From positions 1,590,126 to 1,654,125 of the forward strand of contig CAVUDP010000001.1 of NCBI GenBank assembly GCA_963740315.1: a stretch of DNA of 64,000 nt, read 5' to 3'. A program made the position numbers and the translations under genes. Below the pieces are notes generated by a model. The model made no database searches, was not told where the DNA came from, and was given only the letters and a program-made list of their open reading frames with translations. Each line of letters opens with the position of its first letter. Position 1 is the stretch's first letter. Shown piece after piece: positions 41,621-52,434 of the stretch. The DNA is from an uncultured cyanobacterium (GTDB taxonomy: Bacteria > Cyanobacteriota > Cyanobacteriia > Cyanobacteriales > Nostocaceae).

Positions 41621-42854
41621 ATGTCTCCTAAAAAATCATCAAATGCTTCTAAACGTGGTTCAGTACAGATAAAAAATTCCAACGATAGACTTCAAATCGT
41701 TTTTTCTCACCCTATTACAACAGAAGCGGGAGAAATAAAAACCAAACGTTTTTATCTTTCAACTAGACATGATGATACACCCTTGGGAAGACAGCAGGCT
41801 TCTACAATAGCTGCGAAAATTCAAAGGGATATCGATTATGGAGAATTCGATGCAACTCTGGCTAAATACAAACCAGCAGCCTCGCTCGAAACTGTCATTC
41901 CAAAAACTAGCTCTGTCCCTCCTTTGAGTCTGGACTTGGAAAAGTTATGGGAACAATATACAGAATTCAAGAAACCACAGATAAGTCCCTCCACTTACGC
42001 TGTTGATTATCGGAAGTATCGCAATCACATCGCTAATCTACCAACTAAGAGCTTAAATGATGCAGTTGCAATTAGAGATTATTTGATTGCAAATCTTACT
42101 CCCAATGCAGCAAAGCGTACTTTGACAAATATAAATGCTTGCTGCAATTGGGCTATGAAAAGTAAATTAATTGAGTCTAATCCTTTTCAAGGGATGGCAA
42201 AAGATATTCAGATTCCTAAGTCGGAAACTACAGAGTATAAAATCAATCCATTTACTCCAGAAGAACGCGATGCAATAATCCAAGCTTTTGAAGAAAGTAA
42301 ACTTTATAGTTATTACGCTCCTCTAGTTAAAATATTATTTTTTACGGGATGTAGACCATTCCGTTGCTATCGCTTTACAGTGGAAGCATATTAATGAGAA
42401 ATATATAACTTTCGAGCAAGCTATTACAATCAGTAGTAAAGGATTTGCTGTCAAAAATGGATTAAAAACTCAAAGTCAAAGGCGCTTTCCGGTAAATAAT
42501 CAGCTACGCGAGATACTCTCATCAATTAAACCTGAAAATAACAATCCCGGAGATTTTATTTTTAAAAGTAAAAAAGGAGGAATAGTAGACTTCGGCGATT
42601 TTCTTAATCATGCGTGGAAAGGTTATAAAAATCATCGTGGGAAACAAATAGATGGAATAGTAACTAAACTTGTAAAACAAGGTGTGGTCAGCGAATATCG
42701 TAAGCCTTATCAATGCAGGCACACTTTCATTACTCTTTGCTTAGAAGCTGATATTGATGCGAAGGATATAGGGAAATGGGTTGGGAATTCTCCAGAAGTT
42801 ATTTATAAGCATTATGCAGGTAGCAAGCCTAATTTAGAAGTACCAGAATTGTAA
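41621..42854 (+). CDS. Tyrosine recombinase/integrase (frameshift at ~42359)
   Basis: FFTGCRP, then in the shifted frame AIALQWKHI, YRKPYQCRHTFIT, WVGNSPEVIYKHYAG; stop at 42852-42854. Confidence 0.88.
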
Positions 42855-42900
42855 TTCGAGAATTAATAAAATAATCAATCTCAAGAATCGTATTAAAAAG

Positions 42901-43203
42901 TTAAGTACGTTTTCGTCTTGTTTTCTTCTGGCTAGATGGAAGCGACGCTAAATAATTTTCAATTGCTTTTGAGTGCGCTTTTGGATTGCTTTCGTGATTC
43001 TGTATCCAATCGATTAATAAAGTCTTATTGTACCTTACTACTCTTGAGTTAACGGAAACCCAATGGATGTCTTTTTGAAGCTTGCCTTTTTGTCGATACC
43101 TTTTAAGAGTATCACCGGATAAACCTGTTAATTCTGCTGCTAAGTGCTTGTTAACAAATTTATAATCCTGATTTTTTGCAATAGTTTCATTTGAATTCGT
43201 CAT
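42901..43203 (-). CDS. Excisionase-like HTH DNA-binding protein
   Basis: AAELTGLSGDTLKRYR..G.L...IHW...RVVRYN; convergent with the integrase. Confidence 0.7.
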   Translation of the reverse strand: MTNSNETIAKNQDYKFVNKHLAAELTGLSGDTLKRYRQKGKLQKDIHWVSVNSRVVRYNKTLLIDWIQNHESNPKAHSKAIENYLASLPSSQKKTRRKRT

Positions 43204-43559
43204 TAGCTAAATACCTCCTGTAAAATATGATTCGATTGCGATTGGTCTGAATTATATTCATATCTAAAATAGCTTAATTAACCTAATATTTTCCAATAAT
43301 GTGAAAAAAAAATATTTTACGGAACAAGTAGTTTATCTAAAGTTTATTATTAGTTAAGGGTACAGATTAGGTATGAAATAACAGCATCAGCCATTTCATT
43401 CTCAAATGTCTATCACTATAGTCATAGGTCATTTTATTACTATAGTACTAAGCTTTTTTACGTCATAAGGAAAGCATGGACTGGAGGTATTTAATAGAAA
43501 ATAAATTTAATAATTAGAAGAGGGATAACTGCGAATGTACATAGCTATCAGATATAATC

Positions 43560-43942
43560 ATGAACCATTCAATTAATAACTACTTTCTAACTGACCCACC
43601 AGAATTGAAGTTTATATCTGATGTCGTAAACCAAGTATTGGATAGTAGACATCATTTAGCGGATATTAAAGATTTGCAAGCAGCTTTAAAGGAAGTTAGT
43701 TTAGAGCATGGTAAAGAAATACAAATGAATTTAGTCTTTGAAGAAAATCAACTGGCTGGATTTAACTTTTCTTTCACAAATAACCCTAGTAAGACAACTG
43801 ATACTATTCCTTTCAAACAGCAGCAAATCAACATTGAATATGAAAAAGGAAATATTATCTCTTACGAACAAACAACAACAATCGCTGCAACAGAATCGGA
43901 AAACAATCTAACAAATTCTTCTCCATCACCTCGATACATAAC
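43560..43942 (+). pseudogene. Hypothetical gene truncated by ISAs1
   Basis: The ORF reads into the ISAs1 left end at 43943. Confidence 0.4.
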
Positions 43943-45410
43943 CAGGGTAAGCGCATCTAAATTTGTAACTAAAACTACAGATTTATTTACACAATTGTAA
44001 GTTAAAAGAAATAATTTAAATCATTTAGGTATTGGACAGGTTAAATAGTAAGCTCAGAAGTAAAGCATCTATCTTTCCTGACAGGGTTATTTTCATGACA
44101 TCGGGTTTAAAGTCTTCAAAGCAAACGATTAAAAGCTCAAAAAAACTAAGTATAGCTAATGCGACTGCCCTTACAAAAAAAATGGAATTAGTTTTTAGCG
44201 AAATTGAAGACCCACGTGTAGAAAGAACTCGTGTTCATTTATTAAAAGATATTTTAATTATTGGAATATTGTCGGTAATTGCCGGAGGTCGAGGATGGGA
44301 AGACATGGAAAATTACGGCTTGAGTAAGTACGAATGGCTAGAGCAATTTTTAGCTTTACCACAAGGAATCCCAAGTGCAGATACATTTCGTAGAGTTTTT
44401 GAGCGCATCAATCCAAAAATATTTAAGCAATGCTTTCGACGTTGGGTAGAATCAATAGTAGAATGTTTTGGAGCGCAAGTAATTCCTATTGATGGAAAAA
44501 CTCTCAAAGGCTCTTATGATAGGGAACAGGGCAAATCAGTCTTGCATTTGGTCAGCGCATGGTCAAGTAAACATCGCCTTGTTTTAGGACAGATAAAGGT
44601 GGCAGATAAATCGAATGAAATTACAGCAATTCCAGCATTATTAGAGTTGTTAGATATAGCAGGATGTACAATTACTATTGATGCAATGGGTACGCCTTCC
44701 AGCAATTGCATCTCAGATTTTTAGCGCAAAAGCTAATTATATTTTAGCACTTAAAGGTAATCATCCTACACTTCATACACACGTAAAAAATTGGTTTGAG
44801 AACAAAATTTTGCAAGGGTTTAAAAGTGTACTTCCGCCGTTATGATGAACGGATATAAAAAGCTCATCATCGTACAGAAAAAAGACAAGTTTGGTGCGTT
44901 CCTGTTTCCCAATTACCACCTTTATATAATCAAGGAGATTGGGTCGGGTTAAAATGTGTTGTCATGGTAATTCGAGTTAGGCATCTCTGGAATAAAACAA
45001 CCCGTGAAGTTCAGTTTTATTTAACTAGCTTGGATTGTGATGCTCGTAAATTGGGGCAAGCTATCCGTTTACATTGGGGTATTGAAAATGGTCTGCATTG
45101 GACTCTCGATGTCACGTTTGATGAAAATGCTTGTCGTGTCCGTACTGCTCATGGACCACAAAATTTAGCATTGTTGCGACGAATTGCTCTTAATGCCTTG
45201 AACCTGGAACAAACTTTTAAACGTAGTAATCGCCAAAAATCCAATCGAGCAGCTATGGACAATAACTATATGTTGACTATTCTTACTGCTTGCTTATACC
45301 AATATAATGCAGTCCTCTCAGAGGGCGATCTGCTTGCCGCAGCGCTTGGACGGTGCTGAGCGCAGCAGGAGCTGCACCCGCACCTTTTAAATTTAGATGC
45401 GTTTGCCCTG
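43943..45410 (+). mobile_element. ISAs1-family element with degenerate transposase
   Basis: TIRs CAGGGTAAGCGCATCTAAATTT / AAATTTAGATGCGTTTGCCCTG (20/22 match); IEDPR, IDGKTLKGS, KSNEITAIP, IDAMG, HWGIENGLHW.LDV; frameshifts and stops at ~44690-44850. Confidence 0.9.
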
Positions 45411-45540
45411 CCTTTTTTAAAGTCTCTAAACATCTCTTCAATATCAAATCTTCTCTTATAAGCTGAAATTTTAATCCGCTCATAACCCAGCAAAAATAAT
45501 GAAATGGAATAGTAGGGTGTTGGCTCTGTACATTTTTAGG
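45411..45540 (-). pseudogene. IS4-family transposase fragment
   Basis: YKRRFDIEEMFRDFKKG (YREK-type motif), cut by the ISAs1 right end. Confidence 0.6.
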
Positions 45541-45628
45541 GGGGTAGAAAATCATGCAAAAAACCTGTTCGCACGTTTTAGAATAGCTAAAGCTCCTCTC
45601 AAACAATACGACGCAACAGAAAAATAAA

Positions 45629-45659
45629 AACTGCATAAGTAAAAATCCGCTGCAACTAT
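45629..45659 (+). promoter_or_regulatory. Bipartite motif copy 1 (upstream of CAP gene)
   Basis: AACTGCATAAG-N13-CAACTAT. Confidence 0.7.
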
Positions 45660-45770
45660 AGCTATACAGACAGCGATAGAAAGCATAAAGGCTTTGAAAG
45701 AGATACATTTCAATCTTCTGGTTTCTATCAATTACCTAAATAAAACAACTCAACTCATTAAAGGAAAATC

Positions 45771-46313
45771 ATGACTCAAACACCTGATTCCAATTTAGAA
45801 GCAACAACATCTGAGACTACTATTGACGAACCGATGACTATTGAACTTGAAAATCCAGCTTTACCGGAAATGCCTTTATCTTCTGAAAGTGAAGATGAAG
45901 ACTCATCATCAATAGAGTCCGACACTAGATCGACATCTGTAGTTCAGGCAGTAGTCAATCTTGTTAATCAAGAAAGACGCAAAGCCGGATTATCACTCCT
46001 GAGAATCCACTCGCGACTAAATAACTCCGCGCAAGCACATTCCAACGATATGGCTAGAAATAACTTTATGAGCCACACTGGCTCCGATGGTTCATCAATG
46101 GGCGTTCGCATGAAGCGATATGGCTATAATTATCGGAGAGCCGGAGAAAATGTCGCAGCAGGGCAATCCTCACCTGAAGATGTAATGCGTTCTTGGATGA
46201 AAAGTCCCGGTCATCGCAAAAACATTCTCAATGGTAACTTTCGTGACATTGGGGTTGGGTATGCTCGCGGTGGTAGATATGGGACTTATTGGACGCAGAA
46301 CTTTGGTGCATAG
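45771..46313 (+). CDS. CAP (SCP/PR-1) domain protein with acidic N-terminus
   Basis: LVNQERRKAGL, AQAHSNDMA, GENVAAGQ, WMKSPGHRKNIL, IGVGY, YWTQNFG. Confidence 0.93.
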   Translation: MTQTPDSNLEATTSETTIDEPMTIELENPALPEMPLSSESEDEDSSSIESDTRSTSVVQAVVNLVNQERRKAGLSLLRIHSRLNNSAQAHSNDMARNNFMSHTGSDGSSMGVRMKRYGYNYRRAGENVAAGQSSPEDVMRSWMKSPGHRKNILNGNFRDIGVGYARGGRYGTYWTQNFGA

Positions 46314-46354
46314 TTATTACTATCGCCACATTAGTTTTGCTGGGTAGATTATTT

Positions 46355-46440
46355 GTAGTGGGAGCGTCTCGCTCCCTCGTTACAACCAGCAAGCGTCCCC
46401 CGCTCGCACTCCCTCGTTACAACCAACGAGCGGGACGCAT
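46355..46440 (+). repeat. REP-like element family (GTAGTGGGAGCGTCTCGCTCCC); further copies at 49269-49285, 50567-50612 and inverted at ~53641-53698
   Basis: GTAG tetranucleotide + GGGAGCG-TCT-CGCTCCC hairpin, often followed by GTTACAACCA. Confidence 0.75.
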
Positions 46441-46559
46441 ATCCTGACGGACATACTGCGTTAACGCACTCCCAGATACCCATAATAATTCCTCATGAAT
46501 TGCTATGTCATGGAAAGTCAATTTTGCGATCGGATAAATCAAATTCTTGGAGGTTATTT

Positions 46560-47147
46560 ATGACTTGTGTATGTGGAAACTCATACATTGTTAAGTCTGG
46601 AGATACACTGGCTCTGATTGCCGAAGGACAGTTAGGAGATGGTAGTCGTTGGAAGGAAATAACTAAACAAAATTGCACTCCTTTTACTGAAGAAGAGGCC
46701 AGGAGATTGCAGCCCGGTGATGAAGTTTGCCTTCCTAACGGTTCTACTCCAACTCCGATTCCGAATCCGATTCCTGCTCCGACTCCGACTCCACCTCCTA
46801 TCAGTGAAGAAATGAATTTAGAAGCGACATTTTACGCTAGCGAGAATGTCGGATGCAATTTTCCAGCTACTGGTGTATTTGGAATCACGTTAAATGCAGC
46901 GCTTGCAGGTCGATTTGAGCCTAGATGCCCAAATGCTGGTGAAAATGTGGCGCGTATTCAGTGTGCAACAGACCCAAATCTTATTCCCCGGCTAACGAAT
47001 TTTACTTTGGTTTGGGATGGGCAAGAAGTCCCAGCCCAAGCTTTAGATGTCGGTACGGCAATTATAGGGAATAGGATTGATATCCTTGTCGATACTATTG
47101 CAGAAGCAATCGAGCTAGGTAGAAAAACTGTAAAGGTCATTTTGTAA
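46560..47147 (+). CDS. LysM + 3D-domain protein
   Basis: [11 protein letters not shown]...LGDGSRW.EI; PT linker; ATFY...ALDVGTAIIGNRIDILVD. Confidence 0.85.
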   Translation: MTCVCGNSYIVKSGDTLALIAEGQLGDGSRWKEITKQNCTPFTEEEARRLQPGDEVCLPNGSTPTPIPNPIPAPTPTPPPISEEMNLEATFYASENVGCNFPATGVFGITLNAALAGRFEPRCPNAGENVARIQCATDPNLIPRLTNFTLVWDGQEVPAQALDVGTAIIGNRIDILVDTIAEAIELGRKTVKVIL

Positions 47148-47177
47148 TCAGATAAATCAAATTCTTGGAGATTATCT

Positions 47178-48080
47178 ATGTCTTGTATATGTGGAAAATC
47201 GTACATTGTTAAGTCTGGAGATACACTGGCTCAGATTGCCCAGGGACAGTTGGGAGATGGTAGTCGTTGGAGGGAAATAACCAAACCAAATTGCACTCCT
47301 TTTACAGACGACGAAGCTAGGAAATTGCAACCCGGTGATGAAGTCTGCCTTCCTGATGGCTCTACTCCTACCCCACCCCCAGGAGGCGGTAGTTTCGCCA
47401 ATATTGTTTCCCGACAAAACTACGAAACTATGTTCCCAAACCGTAACGCTCTATACTCCTACGACGGTTTGGTCAGTGCGGCGGGTAAATACCCAAAGTT
47501 TTGCAACGAAGGAACTGACATACAGCGTAAACGTGAAGCTGCTGCGTTTTTGGCTAATATTGCCCACGAAACAAGCGCTCTTGTATATATCGAAGAGTTA
47601 GCCTGTATGAATGGCGGCTGTGAAGATACATACTGCGATCGCAATAACACAACCTATCCATGCGTAGCTGGTCGTAGCTATCACGGTCGCGGTCCGATGC
47701 AGCTATCGTGGAATTATAACTACGGTGCAGCAGGTCAAGCCTTGGGAGTGGATTTACTTTCCAACCCCGATTTAGTCAAGTCGGATAGTGCGATCGCGTT
47801 TTCTACAGGTTTGTGGTTCTGGATGACTCCTCAATCACCAAAGCCTTCTTGTCACGCAGTCATGAGCGGTGGTTGGACTCCTTCTGCCGATGATACCAAC
47901 AAAGGACGTAAACCTGGTTTTGGTATGACCATCAATATCATCAACGGTGGCTTGGAATGTGGCAAAACTACCAATGATAAAGTCGAAAGAAGAGTCGGCT
48001 TTTACACGCAGTTTTGCCAAATGCTAGGGGTAAGTGCTGACAGTAACGTCTACTGCAATGGCATGACACCTTACGGCTAA
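47178..48080 (+). CDS. LysM + GH19 chitinase
   Basis: [43 protein letters not shown]. Confidence 0.93.
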   Translation: MSCICGKSYIVKSGDTLAQIAQGQLGDGSRWREITKPNCTPFTDDEARKLQPGDEVCLPDGSTPTPPPGGGSFANIVSRQNYETMFPNRNALYSYDGLVSAAGKYPKFCNEGTDIQRKREAAAFLANIAHETSALVYIEELACMNGGCEDTYCDRNNTTYPCVAGRSYHGRGPMQLSWNYNYGAAGQALGVDLLSNPDLVKSDSAIAFSTGLWFWMTPQSPKPSCHAVMSGGWTPSADDTNKGRKPGFGMTINIINGGLECGKTTNDKVERRVGFYTQFCQMLGVSADSNVYCNGMTPYG

Positions 48081-48144
48081 ATCTCGCGGATTTAGTTGTT
48101 CTTTATGCAGACTCAAAAGCCAAAACTAAGAAAGCTTACTTAAA

Positions 48145-48175
48145 AACTGCATAAGTTAATTTGACTTGCAACTAT
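48145..48175 (+). promoter_or_regulatory. Bipartite motif copy 2 (upstream of astacin gene)
   Basis: AACTGCATAAG-N13-CAACTAT. Confidence 0.7.
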
Positions 48176-48263
48176 TACTCATACAGCAAGGATAATTTAA
48201 TTTATAACTGAAAATTATTACCTTGCTGTGAGTATTTCTTTAACAATTCCAAAGGACAAAAAA

Positions 48264-49262
48264 ATGACTAATACTAAAGACGTAAACGTAAATAACGTTG
48301 ATGTTGATGGACTTGCAAGTAGTAACGATATTCGCACGGGTTTTATCTCCGGAGCAACTTTTAAAAACAAGCCCGTTCAATATTCAGTTGTCGATGGATT
48401 GGCAATATTTGAGGGTTGTATCGTACTCGGTACCGTAGAGGAAATGGAGGCAAAAGCAGCCGCTGTACGTGCTGGGGAAGATGAAGAAGATAACGATCGC
48501 GGTGTGTTTGTTGTCGGAGATCAATATCGTTGGACTAACGGTGTCGTACCCTATGAAATCGATGGTAATCTTCCCAAACAACAACGAATAAGTGAGGCGA
48601 TCGCTCATTGGGAAGCTAATACTAGTATCAAATTTGTACGGCGCAGCAGTGGTAATGCTAGCCAGTATCCCAATTACATTTACTTTAAGCCTGCTAACGG
48701 CTGTTGGTCTAGGGTTGGAATGCAGGGAGGTAAGCAAGAGATTGGTTTAGGTGAAGGTTGTAGTACGGGCAGCACAATTCACGAAATCGGACACGCTTTA
48801 GGGTTGTGGCACGAACAAAGTCGTGAGGATAGAGATAGACACATTCATATTCATTGGGAAAATATCGAATCCGATCATCGACACAATTTTAACCAACATA
48901 TTACCGATGGTGATGACCACGGTAACTACGATTACGATTCCATCATGCATTATCCTCAAAAGGCTTTTGCTATAGATAGAAATAAACCAACTATTTCGCC
49001 TATCGATTCTACAAAAGGTATTGGACAAAGAAAAACTTTGAGTCGTGGCGATATTGCAACGATTCAATATCTTTACCAAGGTTCTGCTCCTAGCGGTCGT
49101 CCCTATACAATACAAGCAGGAGATACGCTGTTTCTAGTTGCCGAACGTGAATTAGGTGATGGAAACCGCTGGCGTGAAATTATGAAAACCGCAAATGGCG
49201 GTACTTTTACCGAACAAGAGGCTGGCGGTTTGCGTCCGGGACAAGTAGTTTATCTTCCGTAA
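48264..49262 (+). CDS. Astacin (M12A) metalloprotease with C-terminal LysM
   Basis: HEIGHALGLWHEQSREDRD, Met-turn SIMHY, YTIQAGDTL...LGDGNRWREI. Confidence 0.93.
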   Translation: MTNTKDVNVNNVDVDGLASSNDIRTGFISGATFKNKPVQYSVVDGLAIFEGCIVLGTVEEMEAKAAAVRAGEDEEDNDRGVFVVGDQYRWTNGVVPYEIDGNLPKQQRISEAIAHWEANTSIKFVRRSSGNASQYPNYIYFKPANGCWSRVGMQGGKQEIGLGEGCSTGSTIHEIGHALGLWHEQSREDRDRHIHIHWENIESDHRHNFNQHITDGDDHGNYDYDSIMHYPQKAFAIDRNKPTISPIDSTKGIGQRKTLSRGDIATIQYLYQGSAPSGRPYTIQAGDTLFLVAERELGDGNRWREIMKTANGGTFTEQEAGGLRPGQVVYLP

Positions 49263-49572
49263 GGTCATGGGAGCGTCTCGCTCCCTAATAGACATCTTCA
49301 TAAAACATCTATATGGTATTTTTCTTTTCCGAAGATGTCCAATCATAACAAGCGACCAAGATGGTCGCACTACGATTTTTTTCTCATCAAAATCAACATT
49401 AATCTGCTGGAATATTAGATTATCGGCTTTTAATAAGTCGGGAATCTATAAGCATCTCTATCAAGTTTTGTTTGCAGTAAAGGCTTTGCTTTATTTTTTG
49501 ATTTTTGGACGTGTATCAAGATAGAGAACGAGGAATAGGGAACATAAATTTTAAAAATTATTCCGAAAAAAA

Positions 49573-49938
49573 ATGTCATTAAATAATTTATCATCTTTGG
49601 TAAAAGGCGAAGTTATTTTCAGTCAGGAATTAAGCTCATTTTCCGAAGCTACAGTAAATATATACCTTGAAGATGTGACTTTTATCGATGCTCCATCTTT
49701 TTGTATCAGCAAACAAGTAATTGTAGATATCAACCACCAGAAAGGAACAATAAATCGCGTCGAATTTGCTTTAAATGGCAAATATGATGAAAATTCCAGA
49801 TATATAATCACAGCCCATGTCTCAATTAATGGAAGTGAAGAAATCCAACGCGGCGATTATATGACGATGGAAAGCTATCCTGTTCTTACTTTTGGGTATC
49901 CAAATCAAGTATCTATATATGTAAAAGAAGTTAAATAA
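49573..49938 (+). CDS. YbaY/YscW-like (pilotin-like) protein
   Basis: V.GEVI, ATVNIYLEDVTFIDAPS..ISKQ, Y.ITAHV, SYPVLTFG. Confidence 0.75.
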   Translation: MSLNNLSSLVKGEVIFSQELSSFSEATVNIYLEDVTFIDAPSFCISKQVIVDINHQKGTINRVEFALNGKYDENSRYIITAHVSINGSEEIQRGDYMTMESYPVLTFGYPNQVSIYVKEVK

Positions 49939-49943
49939 ACGAG

Positions 49944-49974
49944 AACTGCATCAGTTAAAAGTAGTTCTAGCTAT
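49944..49974 (+). promoter_or_regulatory. Bipartite motif copy 3 (variant, upstream of second YbaY-like gene)
   Basis: AACTGCATCAG-N13-TAGCTAT. Confidence 0.55.
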
Positions 49975-50088
49975 TTATAGTTTAATAGTTCATAAATAAT
50001 GTTAAATCTTTAAATGGGAGGATAGATATATTTAGAACTTATATTTGAAGATTATACAGTTAATTTTTAACATATTCAAAGGATTATA

Positions 50089-50541
50089 ATGTCAAAAATA
50101 AATGTTTTTGTTTCATCAGTTGCTCCACTTTTAACTTTGATTTTATCGGGTAGTTTTGCAAGTGCATCAACTTGTCAGCCAGTGACAAGAAAACCACTTG
50201 TTGAATCTAATCTGATTTTTCCCCAAAGTACACGAATTTTTTCTAAAGCAGTTGCTTATGTGCGTCTTGAAGAAGTCAGTCGTGCGGATGCTCCATCTAA
50301 TATTGTTGCAGAACAAGTAATCAGGAAAATCTCTAATAAAATTGCAGATAAAAACAGATTAGAGGTTAATTTATATGGCCCAAATATAAATCGACGGTTG
50401 GATTATGCCGTCAACGTTCACATAGACTCAGATGGAAACGGAAAAATCAACCGTGGTGATTACATTAATACTGAAAGTTACCCAGTGCTTACTTTTGGAC
50501 GCTCAAATCGAGTTAGTGTACGACTCAAATTGATTAGTTAA
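50089..50541 (+). CDS. YbaY/YscW-like protein with signal peptide
   Basis: VRLEEVSRADAPS..VAEQ, YAVNVHID, SYPVLTFG; LLTLILSGSFASA. Confidence 0.75.
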   Translation: MSKINVFVSSVAPLLTLILSGSFASASTCQPVTRKPLVESNLIFPQSTRIFSKAVAYVRLEEVSRADAPSNIVAEQVIRKISNKIADKNRLEVNLYGPNINRRLDYAVNVHIDSDGNGKINRGDYINTESYPVLTFGRSNRVSVRLKLIS

Positions 50542-50840
50542 TACCAGTAGTCAGTCCACCACATTTGTAGTGGGAGCGTCTCGCTCCCTGGTTACAACCA
50601 CCGAGGGAGACGTAGCGATACGGTAGCAATACGCCCTCCGTCTCTACAACCCATCTCTTATTTTATATTTAATTAAATTTATCTACTTATTGAAGACGTA
50701 ACTCAAGTAATGCTTAATATATCTTAAATAAAATATTTCAATATCCTAAATTTATATCTTGCATAATTCTTGTCTGTTAACATCCATATACATAGTAAGA
50801 GTGTTGTATTAATATTTTTTTGACGGGTGGTAAAGTGGCT

Positions 50841-52292
50841 ATGAATAGTTATTCAAGATATTGGAAAATTTGGCGGATTAATCCTGCTGCGGAAAAAGCT
50901 GGGTATAAACAATTTCATGTTACTGCTGCTCAGGAGTTTACCAATAGTCAAGTCTTCGATGTAGAAGATAGTAACGAACAAAATATTCTATTATCGCGTT
51001 TTAAAGGTGAAAATGATGGAAAAGATACGATTAATTGCGCTAAGGCAGGTCTTTGTCTTAGATGCTATGTTTCTGAGCCAATTTTGAGAGAATGCAAAAA
51101 ATTGGATTCTTTATTTAGTGGTGAAAAACAGTTTAGTTATCGGGATTTATTGCCGTTTGTTCTCAATGATGATGGAGAAAAATTAATTGTTTTAGACAGA
51201 GACGGTAGAACCCAACTAATGGTAGATGACAGTTCTAGAACTCGCGCTTCAGAGTATAACTTCTTTTCTGTCAAGGTTTTACAAACATTTAATGCCGAAT
51301 TACAATCTCGGATGAGTTTGGATAATTGGGCTTATTTGCAAACAAAACAAAATCCCGAATTGAAAAAGTTTTTATCGGAGTTCGGTTTTCAGCATTTGAG
51401 TGACTGGGCACTGTTAAATAGAGCAAGAAAAAAACAACTTGAACGTTTATCAGCACAAGAATGCTACGTTGTCGAAGCTTTTCACGCTGTGTATCGTCGA
51501 GACAGGCAGCAACAGAAAAATAAAGGGAACAAGAAATGTCCCAATCCAACTACTGCTCAATTAGAAGAAATGTTATCTTATTTGCAGCCGCAGCAAATTC
51601 AGATTAATAATCCAGTTGAGTTAATTAAAGAACTCAAACAAATTGCTCTACAGCTAAGAAGATACGATCTTTGGAATTCTAGAGAATCTTTAGATGTATA
51701 TGATGATCGAAGCGGTACATATGTAGTGAGACAGGATTTACCTAGTTCATCACTTAATGAAGCAGATTTAGAACAGCAAGATTTGTTACAGTTTTTGCAT
51801 CAGCTTCTTAATACAACTTTGTCTCAAACAATCAAGCAAGAAGTAGAAGCTAATATTCAAAAATTACAAAAAAGTAAAAAATATCGGTCTTTCGTTCCAA
51901 AATATATTCAGGGATTGCATTTGTATTACGAATCTGCTATGTCTTTAAAAGAGATTGCACCTGAATTAGGGATGACTAGTTGGGATCAGGCAAGACGAAT
52001 TTTGAATCCCGGAGAACTTTTATCAAAAGTGCGTACTAAAACGGTTGAGCAGATGTTGGAAAGTATTTTGAAAAAAGCCGCAGAAAAAGGTTTAACTAAA
52101 ATTCCACCCGAAGTAAATTATCTTCTAACTTTAACCGAACAAATTGAATCCTATGTTGACGGGGAAATATTTCAGCAAGCTGTTGAAGAAATTAGAGCGG
52201 GTAAAAATCGGACGATGAATAGTCCATATGCTAAGGAACTTCGTTGTTATATTCAAGAATCTTTGGAGGAGCAAGAAGCGCAATTATGTTAG
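50841..52292 (+). CDS. Divergent sigma-70-like transcription regulator
   Basis: Region-2-like VLQTFNAELQSRMSLDNWAY; region-4-like HTH LHLYYESAMSLKEIAPELGMT; directly upstream of DUF1822. Confidence 0.55.
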   Translation: MNSYSRYWKIWRINPAAEKAGYKQFHVTAAQEFTNSQVFDVEDSNEQNILLSRFKGENDGKDTINCAKAGLCLRCYVSEPILRECKKLDSLFSGEKQFSYRDLLPFVLNDDGEKLIVLDRDGRTQLMVDDSSRTRASEYNFFSVKVLQTFNAELQSRMSLDNWAYLQTKQNPELKKFLSEFGFQHLSDWALLNRARKKQLERLSAQECYVVEAFHAVYRRDRQQQKNKGNKKCPNPTTAQLEEMLSYLQPQQIQINNPVELIKELKQIALQLRRYDLWNSRESLDVYDDRSGTYVVRQDLPSSSLNEADLEQQDLLQFLHQLLNTTLSQTIKQEVEANIQKLQKSKKYRSFVPKYIQGLHLYYESAMSLKEIAPELGMTSWDQARRILNPGELLSKVRTKTVEQMLESILKKAAEKGLTKIPPEVNYLLTLTEQIESYVDGEIFQQAVEEIRAGKNRTMNSPYAKELRCYIQESLEEQEAQLC

Positions 52293-52378
52293 ATACACAT
52301 AAGTCCGAAATAGTCAATACAACCTACTAATTAAAACTAATCAAAAATCTTACCAGAACTCCATAGAGTCATATAATA

Positions 52379-52409
52379 AACTGCATAAGCTTTTCTGACT
52401 CACAACTAT
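52379..52409 (+). promoter_or_regulatory. Bipartite motif copy 4 (upstream of DUF1822 gene)
   Basis: AACTGCATAAG-N13-CAACTAT. Confidence 0.7.
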
Positions 52410-52434
52410 TTACCTTTATACATTAGGTAAGATC

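Noticed and set aside
41301..43203. Xis-type developmentally excised element interrupting the nucleotidyltransferase gene
   Set aside because: No second half of the gene or matching recombination repeat was found in the window, and the gene is also broken at its 3' end
43560..44000. Relaxase/mobilisation gene
   Set aside because: Only a vague resemblance, no HUH motif, and truncated by ISAs1
45283..45708. 141-aa minus-strand ORF
   Set aside because: Spans IS ends and the promoter region; composition is not protein-like
46355..46440. Short repeats (CCCTCGTTACAACCA x2) as a CRISPR array
   Set aside because: Only two copies within a REP-like hairpin element, no regular repeat-spacer period, and no cas genes
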